NCBI GenBank assembly: GCA_044892505.1 | Contig: CM097883.1 | Location: 358,253,821 to 358,300,000 of the forward strand | Length of the DNA: 46,180 bases | From: Schmidtea nova | Taxonomy: Eukaryota | Direction: 5' to 3' | Part shown: positions 9,280-22,685 of the stretch, one piece after another | Layout of the letters: every line of letters begins with the position of its first letter | How positions within the stretch are numbered: position 1 is the first letter of the stretch | Position numbers and translations under genes: made by a program | The notes under the pieces: generated by a model | The model's input: only the letters and a program-made list of their open reading frames with translations | What the model was told of the DNA's origin: nothing | The model's database searches: none

Positions 9280-11709
9280 TTTTATCTAAAAGACAGAAAT
9301 CAGAAACAAATAAACATTTTCAATTTATCCTTTGATTAAGTGTGAAAAGTCGGCGTTGAAACAGTTGTTAATAGGTTCCTGACTGTCAGTTATGTCGGTT
9401 ATTAGGTGTACCGCACGAACCCACTTCATGATCTAATCTTGCACTGTACTGGAAAAAGGCATATGTTTTGATATCTCGTTGAAGTATGACGCCTATTTAT
9501 AAATGAAATACGTTTCAATAATTACTTGAAATAAATAAAAATATTGTCTTTTCAATATATTTTGTAAAGGGTTGGGCGTCATCTATTCGGAGTTGGGGCG
9601 ATTATTCCTTCCCCAATACTTGTAATCCTTCAATTTTTAGGTTTCAATAAAATAAATGAGCAATATTTGGTAATTCTAACTCCCTGCGTTCTTTGAAAAT
9701 TAAATAAATAACAAACTCTCAGCGAATATTGATTATCAAATTTTACAATTACAATGTTTCAACCGCAGCAAATAGTAGCTGACAGTCTTACTTCAACCGC
9801 TGCCTGCTACCAAGACAAAACTCAGAGAAATAATAATTGTGTTGGGCTGGTGAAATCGAAAAATAAAATTTAATTAAAATTTATTAAAAAATAAATACAT
9901 ACAAAGAGAAATAAAGGGAAACGAACGACAAGACGTTAAGCAGTAAAATAACCCAAGGGAAAATAAAAAACAGTTAAGTACAAAAGTAATCATACGAACC
10001 GCATCTTATAAGTCTGTCGAGATATTGTTGAAGCGATAAAAAGAGGCATCTCAAAGGAGAGCACACAATTTGAGTGCAGGTCGGATTTACACACGAAGGA
10101 CCACACAAGAATTGAATGGGGAAGACCAGTGATTATAAAGTGATTATGAAAAGCACGATCAAAGAATAAAATCAGTATCAGAATAAAGAAAATAATTTAT
10201 TAAAATTTATAGAATAAATCCCCATTGAAATATCGCAAAAGTTAACAGAGATAGGAATGAAAATAGATTTAAAATTAAATTATTTTAATCAATAAATGCA
10301 CAATAAAACAATAGATACACACCTAATTAAATAGAAATAAAAACAAATATTTTCAAAATAAATAAATCAAATTATAAAGTTAAATTTATGAAAGATAAAT
10401 AAATGCTGACTTATTAAAACTAATAAGTAAGTTTAAATTGTTAATAAATTATGTAAATAACAAAATATGTAAGGGTCAGTAAAATTAGTATAAATAGATG
10501 CTGAAAAATCACAATCTAAACTTACTTGGCATTAATTTACTGAGAGCAAAAATTTGGTTTTTGATTTCGCCAGTCGTGTGGATCGATTCTGAACGGGTAT
10601 TTTGTGTTATTTTAGTGAGATTTTTGGGTAAATTGTTATTCAGTGGTCATAGTAAAGTTTTGAGGCTAAATTTTCCGAAAATAAATATTCGATGATGAGT
10701 ATTATTGTGGTCATTATATAAAATTGTTAAATAGATATGCTTCCTATGCTGCTAACGCGGCGAGGGAGTCATAGTCGTCGTCGTTGAGCCTCGTAGCTTC
10801 ATACGGTGGTTGTACCTTTTTATAATTTATGTATTTTGTCATTTTTGCGATATTTTTGAGGTTGCACATAATGAATCGTTACACATAAAGAATATTTTTC
10901 AGTAATTGCGATAGTTTTTGAGGGTTTCTTATAGTGATAGGATTTTTGAGTGTTGAACGATAGGTTTTGAGGTTTGCGCATTTTTCAGCGATAATTTTGG
11001 AGTTTTACAGGAATTTTACATCTCATGTAGCGATTTACTTTCAGAATTAAAATGTTAGCAAGACGAACTTGATCAATAGATTTTTTACGTATAGCGATGC
11101 AACGACATAGCGGTGATTTTGAGTTTTGAACAGTTATACTTAGTAAAGAAGATTTTCGAGAGTTTTTATAAATAAATATAATTTTAAGGTGCAGCGCATT
11201 ATTTTGGGTTTTATATAGCGCAAGGAGTTTGTAGCTAAATCAAATCTCTATTTAAAAGACGTTTGTTAATTTTTTTAAGGAAGTTGAGCGTAGACATTGA
11301 GAATAACGCGTAAGACCTTTTAGTGGCAGCGAGAACCCGTGAAAATAAATGGGAGTAATTCCAGCGATGAAGCTCACCTGCCCATCATTTTTCAACCACC
11401 GCGCGCAGTTCCAACCTAACTAGATAGGGAATAGTTAAGGGCGTGCGAGTGAGACGATTTGTTTTTATGTATTGTTATGGGTGAGGCATCCCTATTATAC
11501 TTATTTATGATTATTTGTTTAATTATTTATTTATTTTTTATTTATTTATTATTAATTATTTAAAACCCACCCATAAACCCAGCAATTGCCGCAAAAAAAC
11601 TCCAAATTCTCGGTCACTGATCTGATGTCATTCCGAATCTTCATAAAAATTTTGTAATATCTTTCTTTCAATTCGTTTAACATTTATCGTATTCTCAATA
11701 TATCTGTCC

Positions 11710-12078
11710 CTACTGAGGCAAAACTGTCGATTGTTTATAATTTACAATTTCATTATATAGCAAATTAATCCGATTAATTAATGACTTTAGAACTCTGTTG
11801 TATCTCTTTGACAGTCCTTTGTCGATCTGCGCTTTGAGGCTTACTTGCAAGTTCTCATCAAAATAGTCACAATAATCTTTTTTCCATTTTATCATACTAT
11901 CCTTCCAATAATGGCATCCCAATTTCCCGTTGCTTACCGAACTCGAGTTCTTTTTAATTAACAAATTAATAATTGATTTTATGCTTTGGCAAATATTTGT
12001 ATTTGTTGTGCTTTCCGGTGCATTTTCTGAGAAAACCCTTCCCTGTGTCATCCAGTCTGCCCTCGCCTCATTTTTCAA
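11710..12078 (-). CDS. Orphan 122-aa ORF, possibly a transposase fragment
   Basis: Open frame with protein-like composition (LGCHYWKDSMIKW). It only weakly resembles MULE transposase GCxFH motifs, and no family is recognised. Confidence 0.25.
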   Translation of the reverse strand: MKNEARADWMTQGRVFSENAPESTTNTNICQSIKSIINLLIKKNSSSVSNGKLGCHYWKDSMIKWKKDYCDYFDENLQVSLKAQIDKGLSKRYNRVLKSLINRINLLYNEIVNYKQSTVLPQ

Positions 12079-12226
12079 ACTTAAATAGAACTATTAAATA
12101 ATTATCAATTTTTTGTGTTTTACACATTGTCTGATCACTTTTTTCAATTTAGGTACGTAATTTGCTTTTATTAAACTTAAAAAGTAAGTTTATTTTATGA
12201 CTTAAGCACTATTTATTTTTTCGGTC

Positions 12227-13210
12227 TGTCGAGGATATCTAAATAACATTTTACTAATAAATAAATAAAATTACCTTGGGGAAAATCGTCATGACGAATG
12301 AGATGGGTAATGGAAACTCGGGAAAGAAAACGGAAATAAAAAAAATTGAGAAATGAGAAAGAGGAATCAGACAAGAAAACAAAGACAAAGGTCAGCATTA
12401 ATTAATTAGTGCAAAAGAGAAAGGAATTTGAAAATGGGGAAAGACAAAATAATAACAATAATCTTATCTCGACAGATTGTCGAAGATAGCGGAAAAAGAA
12501 ATAAAACAGCCAGGAGCGGCAAAAAGAAAATCCGAAATTATATTGACAGCTGTCATAGATAAAACGGAATTGGGAGAAAAAGCAAGATGTCCGGGAGTCA
12601 AAAGGGAAAAAGGCAGAATTATCTTAGGTGCCATAAAATTTGACGAGATATAAAAGGAGAGACACAGCAGAAGCAGTCAGAAATTTTTGAGAGCAGAATT
12701 GTAGAAAGAAATTGTTACAGAGTTTTAGAGAGCAGGATATTGTGAGCCGAAGTTGTGAAACAGAAGTTGTCAGAGAAGTTGTGAAACAGAATAATTGAAT
12801 TAGAAGTTGTGAGAGACAAAGCGGGAGAAGAATGACTTGAATTAGAAGTGAAGAAACTTATACAGAAACCCGAAGCAAAACTTAAAGGAAACTTAAAGAA
12901 AAGTTGAGAAGAGACAGAGAAACAGAGAGATAAACAACAGGAGCTGATCCAATTGATAATCGAGTGAAGTTCAGCGTAAATCTAAGTCAAGCCAAGAAAA
13001 CAACCAGTCAGATTTCCAATTGTTGTATCCATCAGTGGTGAATTATTGTTCAAAACAAGACATTATAGAAGTGAGCTATTTTTCACGAAGTGTCGTAATA
13101 AGCTCGTCGAAACTGTCGAAATATTTATTGAATCGATGGTGATAATTTAAATCGTGTAAATCAGTGTAATAGTCAATAAAGTTTGTGTTATTGAAAGTGT
13201 TATTGGGGGT
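12227..13210 (+). mobile_element. Possible solo-LTR-like relic
   Basis: Starts TGTCGAGG, has a strongly purine-rich strand with internal repeats (GAAGTTGTGAAACAGAA x2) and an AATAAA near the end. No paired LTR or TSD was found. Confidence 0.25.
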
Positions 13211-14366
13211 CAATTAAAGGCAAGCTTTGGAGTCAGATATTTGATTGGTAACTTTTACTATTTCACCAACAACTCCAGAATCCAACAGGTCAATTGGACA
13301 AATTTAGTCAAGTTAGCTTCCGTTTGTAGAAATCAATTTAAACATTAATCATATCAATTTGCTAGCAATATCTCCAAATCTTCCATCTGAATCAATATAA
13401 TAAATTTTAAAAATTTTGTCACAAGAAATAGCCGACAGTACGCTTTGAAAGCTCGACGATTTTGTTTATTTTCAAATACGATAAATGTCGTCAACAATAT
13501 TTAAAATAAATTAACTTTTTTATTTTGAAAATGCATTTCCCTGGACATTCCAGTCAATTGAAATATATAATATTTGTCTAACATTTTATGTCACCTTTAT
13601 TCCGAAAAAAATTGGTTTTTCGATTTTTCAAATTTTTAATTAACTTTTTTGCACTGAAATTTGATTTTTGAATTCAAATAATCAAGACCTAACAATGATG
13701 AAACTTAATTTTTTTCACGCATTCATTTTAACTGATAAGAAAGGAGAGTGTTATCGTAAAACGGTAATGCCAATTTGAAAGTCGTGATATTCTCAAATCT
13801 ATCTAGATTGGATGTCAGCATCATTTACTAGGTAAGGTGTTGAGATATGTATTAGATTCTACAGTTGGTTAAACTCCAACACCACCTTATATGAAATATT
13901 CGTTTGTAACGAACATTTTAAATATTTATAACAATCTGAAGCAGGTGCTACATATTAAAGATGTAGTTCTCAGATAATCAAAATTTCATCGGTGAGGGAC
14001 GTTTTTTCAAGACAATCATTTTGCAGTTTTGATGTGTCATCTGTAAAATTTTACAAAGGGTTAAGAAGTCATAACCCTATTTTACATAGCTCGTTTTAAT
14101 TTCACCAAGATACACGTTTGGGAATAAGCACTTTTCGCATTTGCTAAATACTTTTCACAGTACACATAAATGTATTAATTTCGTCTCGAAGTTCGAAAGA
14201 TACTTGTAGTGGTCTAGAAAGCCGATATCGAAGATTCTCTCAAATGATATTAGATTTAACATCCTGGTGCATAAACATTTTTTGTTTGACTATATTGTAT
14301 AAATATTTTGATTTAAAAATATATAGTTTTGAGAGTTGATTCAAATTGATTCAAATTCTTTGAAAT

Positions 14367-14873
14367 ATGAAATGTTATCTTTTTCTTCTTCTAGCATTTG
14401 TGTTTATCGAAATATTATTTGGTCAACATTCGAAGTCCACAAATGATTTTAAAATAACAAAAAGCGATAAATTTCCACATCATATCGATCAAGACTTTTC
14501 CATAAATATTTATCATCCAAATTTAGATTATCATCACATTTTTGCAGTTTATGTATTGAAAGTGAATCATAGTTTAACCAATGAAATACAAACACATTAT
14601 ATCTATCCAGGCTTTCTTCCGAAATTAGATCGAAGATTAAAAGAGAATTTTTTTCATATTATGAATTTTAACGAGTCTAAATTCAATACAGAAATTATCG
14701 TAAGGTTTTATAGAGAAGCTAACAATGCATTGTGGAAAATTGATTATTCAACAACGGGCGCCGATAATTTGCACATTCAAATACCACCAAACATGCTGAG
14801 GATTTATCAGGAGAATTTATCTCTATCGGCCACCGATTTTACAATTGATTATTCAATCAAACGATGGTCATAA
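14367..14873 (+). CDS. Secreted protein of unknown function, 168 aa, single exon
   Basis: ATG start, hydrophobic signal peptide MKCYLFLLLAFVFIEILFG, and a long open frame in AT-rich DNA with beta-strand-like alternation. No family is recognised. Confidence 0.6.
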   Translation: MKCYLFLLLAFVFIEILFGQHSKSTNDFKITKSDKFPHHIDQDFSINIYHPNLDYHHIFAVYVLKVNHSLTNEIQTHYIYPGFLPKLDRRLKENFFHIMNFNESKFNTEIIVRFYREANNALWKIDYSTTGADNLHIQIPPNMLRIYQENLSLSATDFTIDYSIKRWS

Positions 14874-16499
14874 ATGGGGGCTCAGCGAGAATATGAAATC
14901 CATTATCACTTGCACATCTCAGGACTGGTTGCCACTCCCACTAAAAAATGATGTCAGAAGAAAACATCAATGGTCAATCTTCAATTCAAGACGGAAATCA
15001 AACATTTCGTCCCCAAGTCTCACAACATCCAGCAAGAATGAATAAAATTTTACAAAATTTACAGATCCTAGCTTAGGAGACTGCACTTACATAACACAAG
15101 TGTATACATAATATGTATTACATATATATTGTTGAAAGTTGCATTTTCATTAAGAGGTAATTTTTATAAGATTGTAAAATATTATAATAGATAAATAAAA
15201 CCTAATAAACAGACTTTGTGTTTTCATTTACATACAAGCCATCAAGTTGAGATTCTCAGAACCTCAACACTAGCACTTGCCGATTTAGGTACGGTACGAA
15301 CTCAACCATTCCTAATGATTTTGGGTAGACAAGCGAGGTGTTTTACAAGGTCCATATACAAAGTTCGAATGTTGGAACAGAACTGAGGAAATACAAAACC
15401 TTAGGAAATGGACAACCACTCCACCACAACATTAGTTTGATTCCACGCTTTCATTTAATAAAAATTCGCAACCCAACAAATAGTAAAGTATATTTTAAAA
15501 CAAATCATTAATAAAACTTAAAACCGAATAACTCTAACGAAGGTAAATTTTTCGGTTAATATTTGAAGCAGTTGATGCCTAGGGAAAATGACAAAAACTT
15601 TTTTTATACAAATATCAACTTTAATTAGTAGATAACTTTTCTCTTGTCGTATCAACATTCCTGGTTTATCTATGATCGTTGATTCCTGTTTTAATACTGA
15701 TTGGTATAAAATACAATTATTTATATAATTAAAACAAATCGGCAGTATTTACAAAATAATCAAAATAGATGTCTGTTTTAATATCGGCTCATTAAAGCAG
15801 TTTAATCACATTTAATTAGGTGACAATTTGTTCCTAAAAGTGGTGTCCGAACTCTAAAATAAGGCCACTATTGCACCTCTCAAACTTGGAAATATTCCCC
15901 ATAGCTTGATGATTTATAATATCAAAGTTTTAAATTAATTATTTATTTTTTATACAACTACCTAAGGACCCTTGGCAATTTTTAATTATATTCATCTTTA
16001 ACTTTTTATTTGCTACCAGCTCATTGATTATCCGGAAAATAATTGATTTTGAATTGCTTTTGCACAATACTTTTCTGAATTTTATATTAAATTTTTTGTT
16101 TTAAATGCTTTACATTTAAATCTTTGCACATTTTAACATTTTGTTTGTACAATTCTATGAAACCTGAACGACAAATGTTAACTTTGGTAAATAAAATATT
16201 TTTCTATACTGATATTTTTAGTTTAGAACGTTGGTAATTAAACACTAATTAAATATACTTGACGCCTTTCAACTTTTACTTTGATTGAAATACCTGTCCT
16301 TTGCATTAGTTAAACAACAGAAATGAAAATCAGAATTTATGACAATATTTTTAAATTTTCAAAGGAAGATTGAGAAAAAAGTAAAAATATCAATTTCGTT
16401 TTGTTGATATTTTTGTCTCTGGATTAGTTGCGTTACTCTGTGTGTACATAATTTGCATTTGTAATGATTAAAGTTTTGTAAATAAAACATTTTATTTTA

Positions 16500-17143
16500 T
16501 CATTTTGAGCATTTTAATTTATTGACATAGCCTATGTTTACTCCTGGAATTGACGCAATCTGATCACCGTTTACGTCTACGCAAAAGCAAACAGATCCGA
16601 TGCACTGAATCGGTGCAAAATTTCCAAGAGTATCACAGTGGATAATTATCCCAAGATTATGCGATTTCTCTATTTGGTGTTTCTTTCTAGCGCATTCTGG
16701 GTAAAAATAAATTAAACATCAATTGTAGGGTGTAAATTTGGTCTTACTGCAGTTTTTATTAACAGACTTTTCCACGTGAGTGATGTACCCGGGTATTTGA
16801 ACACCCGCTTCATCAGCACAATAGCACACAGAACCCAAGCATTGCATAGGTCCATACTTACCATCAGGCTCGCATTTCGGTAGCGGCATTCCAATAAAAT
16901 GTTTTTTAATCTTTCTACTTACATCCAAATGTTTCTAAGGACAAACAAGCTACAAAAGATGTCTTTATTTGACTGACAAATTACCTTAAAGCAATCAGTG
17001 GCATTAAAATCTTCAACGCACACTTTTACGCATTTCAATCCGTAATTACACTGATCTATTTTCCCGTCACATGGAGCACCTTCGTCTATTTTATAACAGA
17101 AGCCACAGCAAATAGCCGAAATAACAATGAAAATTCTTATCAT
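16500..17143 (-). CDS. Secreted protein with two thyroglobulin type-1 domains (thyropin-like), paralog C, 180 aa
   Basis: Exons 17143-16985, 16934-16748, 16696-16500; introns of 50 and 51 nt. Motifs CNYGLKC, LPKCEPDGKYGPMQCLGSVCYCADEAG, IHCDTLGNFAPIQCIGSVCFCVDVNG...LKCSK*. Confidence 0.92.
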
Positions 17144-17150
17144 GATAACA

Positions 17151-17182
17151 AGTGAATTTTTGTAAGTAATTTGATTTATATA
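17151..17182 (-). promoter_or_regulatory. TATA box plus initiator-like motif of thyropin C
   Basis: TATATAAA starts at 17182 and TCACT has its A at 17153. The 29-nt spacing mirrors paralog A. Confidence 0.5.
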
Positions 17183-17809
17183 GTTGCAATGAAGACAGAA
17201 AGAGAGAGAGAGAGAAAATTTATCGATTTTTATATCGAACTTTGCACTTTTAGTTATTGATTATTTAGAGTTTAGAGATTATACAGAGTTTCACGGAGAT
17301 AAAGCTCATCAGGAACCGTACCAAGTCAAATTATTTGATCATTTGATGCCGTCGTGATTTCGTTGTTATCGTGCAAATTTCTAACACAAAAGGTGTTGGA
17401 TATGTAAAATTACGTATTTATCAACGGATGCTCATAGACAGAATATATAGATATGCGAAAACATTTCAGATAAGCCAGGAACAGAAAATGAGCATATCAA
17501 GTGAGGTAATAAGCTGTTGGATTTATTAGTGTTTCCATAGGAATGAATTCTAAATATGACTTCAGGTGTTCACTGTTCAGGCCAAAGACCTTGAAAAAAA
17601 CCTTTACTTTACATCAGCGCCTTACGATATCATTTATTTTATCAATTTTGCTACAATAAATAATTAAAATTCCTCATAAACTATATCCGGTTCCATGCGG
17701 GGTTGCGTAAATCTTCCGACCAATAAAAGCCTTACAACGGGATTATATATTTTACTGTAAATTAAGACAAAAAAAACTTGTTTAATAATAAAAAGTATAT
17801 ATTTGCATA

Positions 17810-20800
17810 TCACAATTTAAATGGGGACCCTAAAAGCTTGTTGGTGCGATCTCGTTCCAATTGAAGTTTTTGTAAATAAAATTGCTTGGATAAAATTTGC
17901 ATTGCTTCTTTGTGAGTTGTATCTTTGGATCTCGCCGATTTGTAGTTTTCCTTAACAAACCCTGCAAATCCTTCTATAGACTTATTCGTGTCGACCTTCA
18001 AATGAATTCCATAACCTCCATCGCTAAATAAAATAAGCTCTCCTTTGCATTTCTTGCACTCCTAGAAAATGTTGTCAAGTCAACAAATTATTTCTTTCTT
18101 TCACATTTACACCTTAAGATCCTTTTTTTTCGAATGTCTATTTATGACAAATCCACAAGCTTTACATCGATATTGATATTTGAAGTTTGCTGTGTAGTTG
18201 TGGCAATTTCTAGAAAGGGCAACTAAAGGGAAAGCTAATTTACAGCCTATGGCCCAAGTATTCCATACGGGTCCATGATTTTCCCAGCTTTTGTTAATCA
18301 TAAACGTTGCTCCGTGGCACATTTCGTGAACCATTATTTCCAAAAGTCGTTGAGAATCTGTACAAATCTTCGGTGACAATTGAATTTCAATGTGTCTTGG
18401 AACTTGTTTTTCCTGTTGTACAGTTTTAATGCTTATGTTTAATAATAAAAAGTTAAATGGAGATCTCGTTCAAAGGCACCTAGCATGGCATTATCCTCCA
18501 TAAAGCCTTCAGAGGAACTCGTCTTTTCTCACAGTTATCTTGCGACTTTTTTCGTATAAATTATTTAAGAAAAATTGAAAATTACTGAGCACCATGGAGG
18601 TAAAGGGATTGATTGGTAAGATTTATGTGAATAACCTTTATACTGATATTTAAAATGCTCAAAAACATGCATTAATATTTCAGATTTCAGACTTAATTAT
18701 CTCTTTTGTGCACTGAATAATGTTTATTTATAAATAAATAGTATAAAATAATATATAAATTTTTAGGTTGCCATACGTAAATAAAAAATAATAAATGTTA
18801 TTTAATTCAAAAGACCACTTATAAAGAATGATGAAAATATATTTTACCATGATACCCCTTTACAGGGCCGCAGTCATTATTAATCCGAGTATTAATCTGA
18901 CACCCCCTCCGATTGGTTATGAAGGTAAATTTGGAATATAATTTATTAACCTATTGTGAGCGGGAATTATATTTGAGAAAGTCCGGCTGTACGTTGTCAA
19001 ATGTTCTCCTATATGGAATTAAAATTTGTCTACGAAAAGTGGTGCTAGTAAGTATTTCGTAATTTTATCGACGAAAAAGGGTTCAGATTTTTGGTTTAGG
19101 GGTTCCGAAGGGAATTAAAAGAGACTAAAATTTAGATTTCCCCCTACCCCACCCCCAAAAAAATTATTTAATTTCTCAAATTATTTTTGGGGATCACTAA
19201 ATTCAAGTTTTAAAAGTCAAATTTTTTACAAATTGCATAAAGGGGGCACAGGTTTCCTTAAAAATTTCTGAAATGGGTAAAAATAAAATTCCTTCGATTG
19301 TCATGAAAATTGCCATAAAAAGAAATACGGGACAGCTGAATTCAAAAATAACATCTAAAATTTGGGCCGAAACAAGCCCAAAAATTCCATCCAATTGTTA
19401 TGAAAATTGGTTANNNNNNNNNNNNNNNNNNNNNNNNNNNNNNNNNNNNNNNNNNNNNNNNNNNNNNNNNNNNNNNNNNNNNNNNNNNNNNNNNNNNNNN
19501 NNNNNNNNNNNNNNNNNNNNNNNNNNNNNNNNNNNNNNNNNNNNNNNNNNNNNNNNNNNNNNNNNNNNNNNNNNNNNNNNNNNNNNNNNNNNNNNNNNNN
19601 NNNNNNNNNNNNNNNNNNNNNNNCATCTACTGGTATGAAAATTTTTTGGAGAGGAATTAAGAAGTACCCATAAGGCAGACGTAAGATTCCAGTCTAAATA
19701 TCGACTTATAAATAAGAATATCGCTCCCAAATCAAAAAGAAGCATTTCAGTATATATTTAGAATTACCGCTCGGAAATGAAAAGTGAAATAAGTCTAAAT
19801 ATAAACTTGCCGCTCGCAAAAGGTTAAATGATATAAAATTAAATTAAAACTTTTTGAATAGTTAAGAAAAAATTATTAATAAATAATATTGTCAGGCATG
19901 TTAGATAAACAGAAAATAAAATAAAAAGGTACAAAATATATGTGCAAATCAATAAACATACAAAATTATAATTTTTAACGGGGGAAACTGCAATGCTAAA
20001 AGATGAAAAAATCAAATATGGTTATATAAAATTAAAAAGGGGCACTTGAAAGAAATGTTAAGAAAATAAAAATTAATAAAATAATTATTTACCTAAAGGG
20101 AAACCCTGGGCATCAACAAAAACATTTAATTATCCAAATGAATTGGATGAGCAAAGGATGCCCCGGGAAAAGCGCCAAACCTAGTTTCAGCAAAAATAAA
20201 TTAGGCAGCAGCAAAAACAATTTAACTATTTTGTTTTGACAGAATAAATTAAGGCGACAGGATCAATGGAAAAGTCACTATATAAACTGAGGGCAATTTG
20301 TCAATATCACAAGTTTGGTCGAAGCTAAATGTGTCGTGAAAAGCAGCAATCAATAAATTTGAAAGAGAGAGAATCCAGAATTACCCAATTTACTTGCGTA
20401 TCAGAAAGGGAAATTTTTCATTGAGTTGCCTACCCTGACGCAAGAATGCAGAGAACATTTTGTAACTTTGTAACAGAAATTGTGTTTGATCTATTTGAAA
20501 ATAAAGATTATTGTGTTTGATTTAATTCCTTATTGTGAAAGAAAGAACACAGGGATCAGATACATACCGGAGTATTCGTTAATAACCAAGCCGTAATTTA
20601 GTTTTCAAATCATTGTGATTATAAAATAAATCTCTTATTGTAGGAGAAAATAATTTTTTGAGTATTTATAAATATCAGTCAATCTTGAAATTTTACCTGT
20701 GCCACGCTGCCTCACCTCCTTTAGTGAATGTTTAAACATAAAAAAATGATTGAGAATATTTTTAGTAAATTAATTATCCAATCACAATCAAATAATTGCC

Positions 20801-22594
20801 AAATATGACGATAAATAATGAGGAAAGATTTGGTATAATAATTGAAACTGAATTTTTAATTGGAGAAAAATGTTTAAAAATGTTTAACTGTCTATAAATT
20901 GAAAATAATTTGACGGTTTCTGTAATTTCTATACACCTGTTTTCATAGTTTAAGAGTAACTATAATGCACGCATGCATGCAGATATATGCATGACTCGTA
21001 ATTATTTTGTTTAATATTGTTATTTATCAAAATATCTTTGATCTTACAATGATATGAGATCACTTTATAAGATTTGACAGATTATCTTTGTTCTACACTT
21101 TTATTTTTATTTAATGTTTAAATACTTTCTAGGAAATGTTTTATGATTTTACAACATGTTTCGGGAATTATTTACATTAAAAGTATATTAAAAAAATTAT
21201 TTTTAACTAAAATTTATTATAATAATTATTATTAAATAAAAATTATTATTAAATAATAATTATTATTAAATAATAAATATTATTANNNNNNNNNNNNNNN
21301 NNNNNNNNNNNNNNNNNNNNNNNNNNNNNNNNNNNNNNNNNNNNNNNNNNNNNNNNNNNNNNNNNNNNNNNNNNNNNNNNNNNNNNNNNNNNNNNNNNNN
21401 NNNNNNNNNNNNNNNNNNNNNNNNNNNNNNNNNNNNNNNNNNNNNAAAAATTTTGTATTTATCTCTGAAAAATGTTTATCTTCCAAATCGGAAGTATTTT
21501 TTGACATTTTATATAGCTTTGATTACTCTGATTTGGTAGATTTCGGAAGTTCTATTATAGTATTTTATTTTCAACATTTAAATTTCAAGTTTTATTTTCT
21601 ATTTCAAGAATTGCCAAATTTTATTTTGCCCTGCATTATCTGAGGTTTCAAAATGATCTAAATTTGCTTTGTAAATATGTTTAATTGTCTATAAATTGAA
21701 AATAATTAGACGGCATTATCTCTTTGGCTTCTGCAAACCAAAAAAAAACTTTGCGAAAACATTTTCGGAAATATATTAAATTTTATATCGAAATACATTA
21801 AAATAAAACTTACGACGTTATTTATTCATTATCTCGACAACTCTAGATAATATTCCAAATGTTTACCCAAAAAGCGTATTTTAAAAATAAATAAATTTAT
21901 TATAGATCTCTTAATAAAGTAAAATAATTTGACTTTTAAAGTTTGGATGCATTTTTCATTGTGTGTATAATTTATTTTTCTTCCACTTTGTCTATCACAT
22001 AAAAAATCTCTTAAACTATATAAAGTCAAAATTTAACATCAACGTAAATTTTCATTTGATATTGGTAATTTTTAACTTATATTATATAATCTCTTAATGT
22101 ATGAAAACAGGTGTAATACTAGTTTGTGTGTATGCCATTGATTATTCAGTGGTTTTATTGATATCAAATGTAAGTAATTCTAATAATAATTATTTGATTA
22201 TCATTTTAATATAATTTTGGATATTTTTTGGATAATTTTAGATATTTTATTGTGGCTATCGGATTTATTTTTACACATAAAGTAAGTATTTAATACTGTC
22301 AACTAAAATTCATTTTAATTAAATTTATCATAAGAAATTTCAATTTTTTTCATAAAATATTAAATTAATTATATATTAGATAAAAGTATATTATTACATT
22401 GAAAGTATATTAAAAAATTATTTTTAACTAAGATTTATTATAATAATTATTATTAAATAAACATTTTGTATTTATCTCTGAAAAATGTTTATTGGGTATT
22501 TACTATTTAAAAATAAGGTACATATCCCGTTTATAAGGTACAACATGAGAAAAATTGTGCGAACAAAAGTGTACCTTATACCGAGGTTAACTGT

Positions 22595-22685
<91 letters not shown>

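Noticed and set aside
15355-15380. GTTCGAAT resembling a tRNA T-loop (also GTTCGAG at about 45222)
   Set aside because: No cloverleaf stems or A-box are present, so no tRNA gene is supported.
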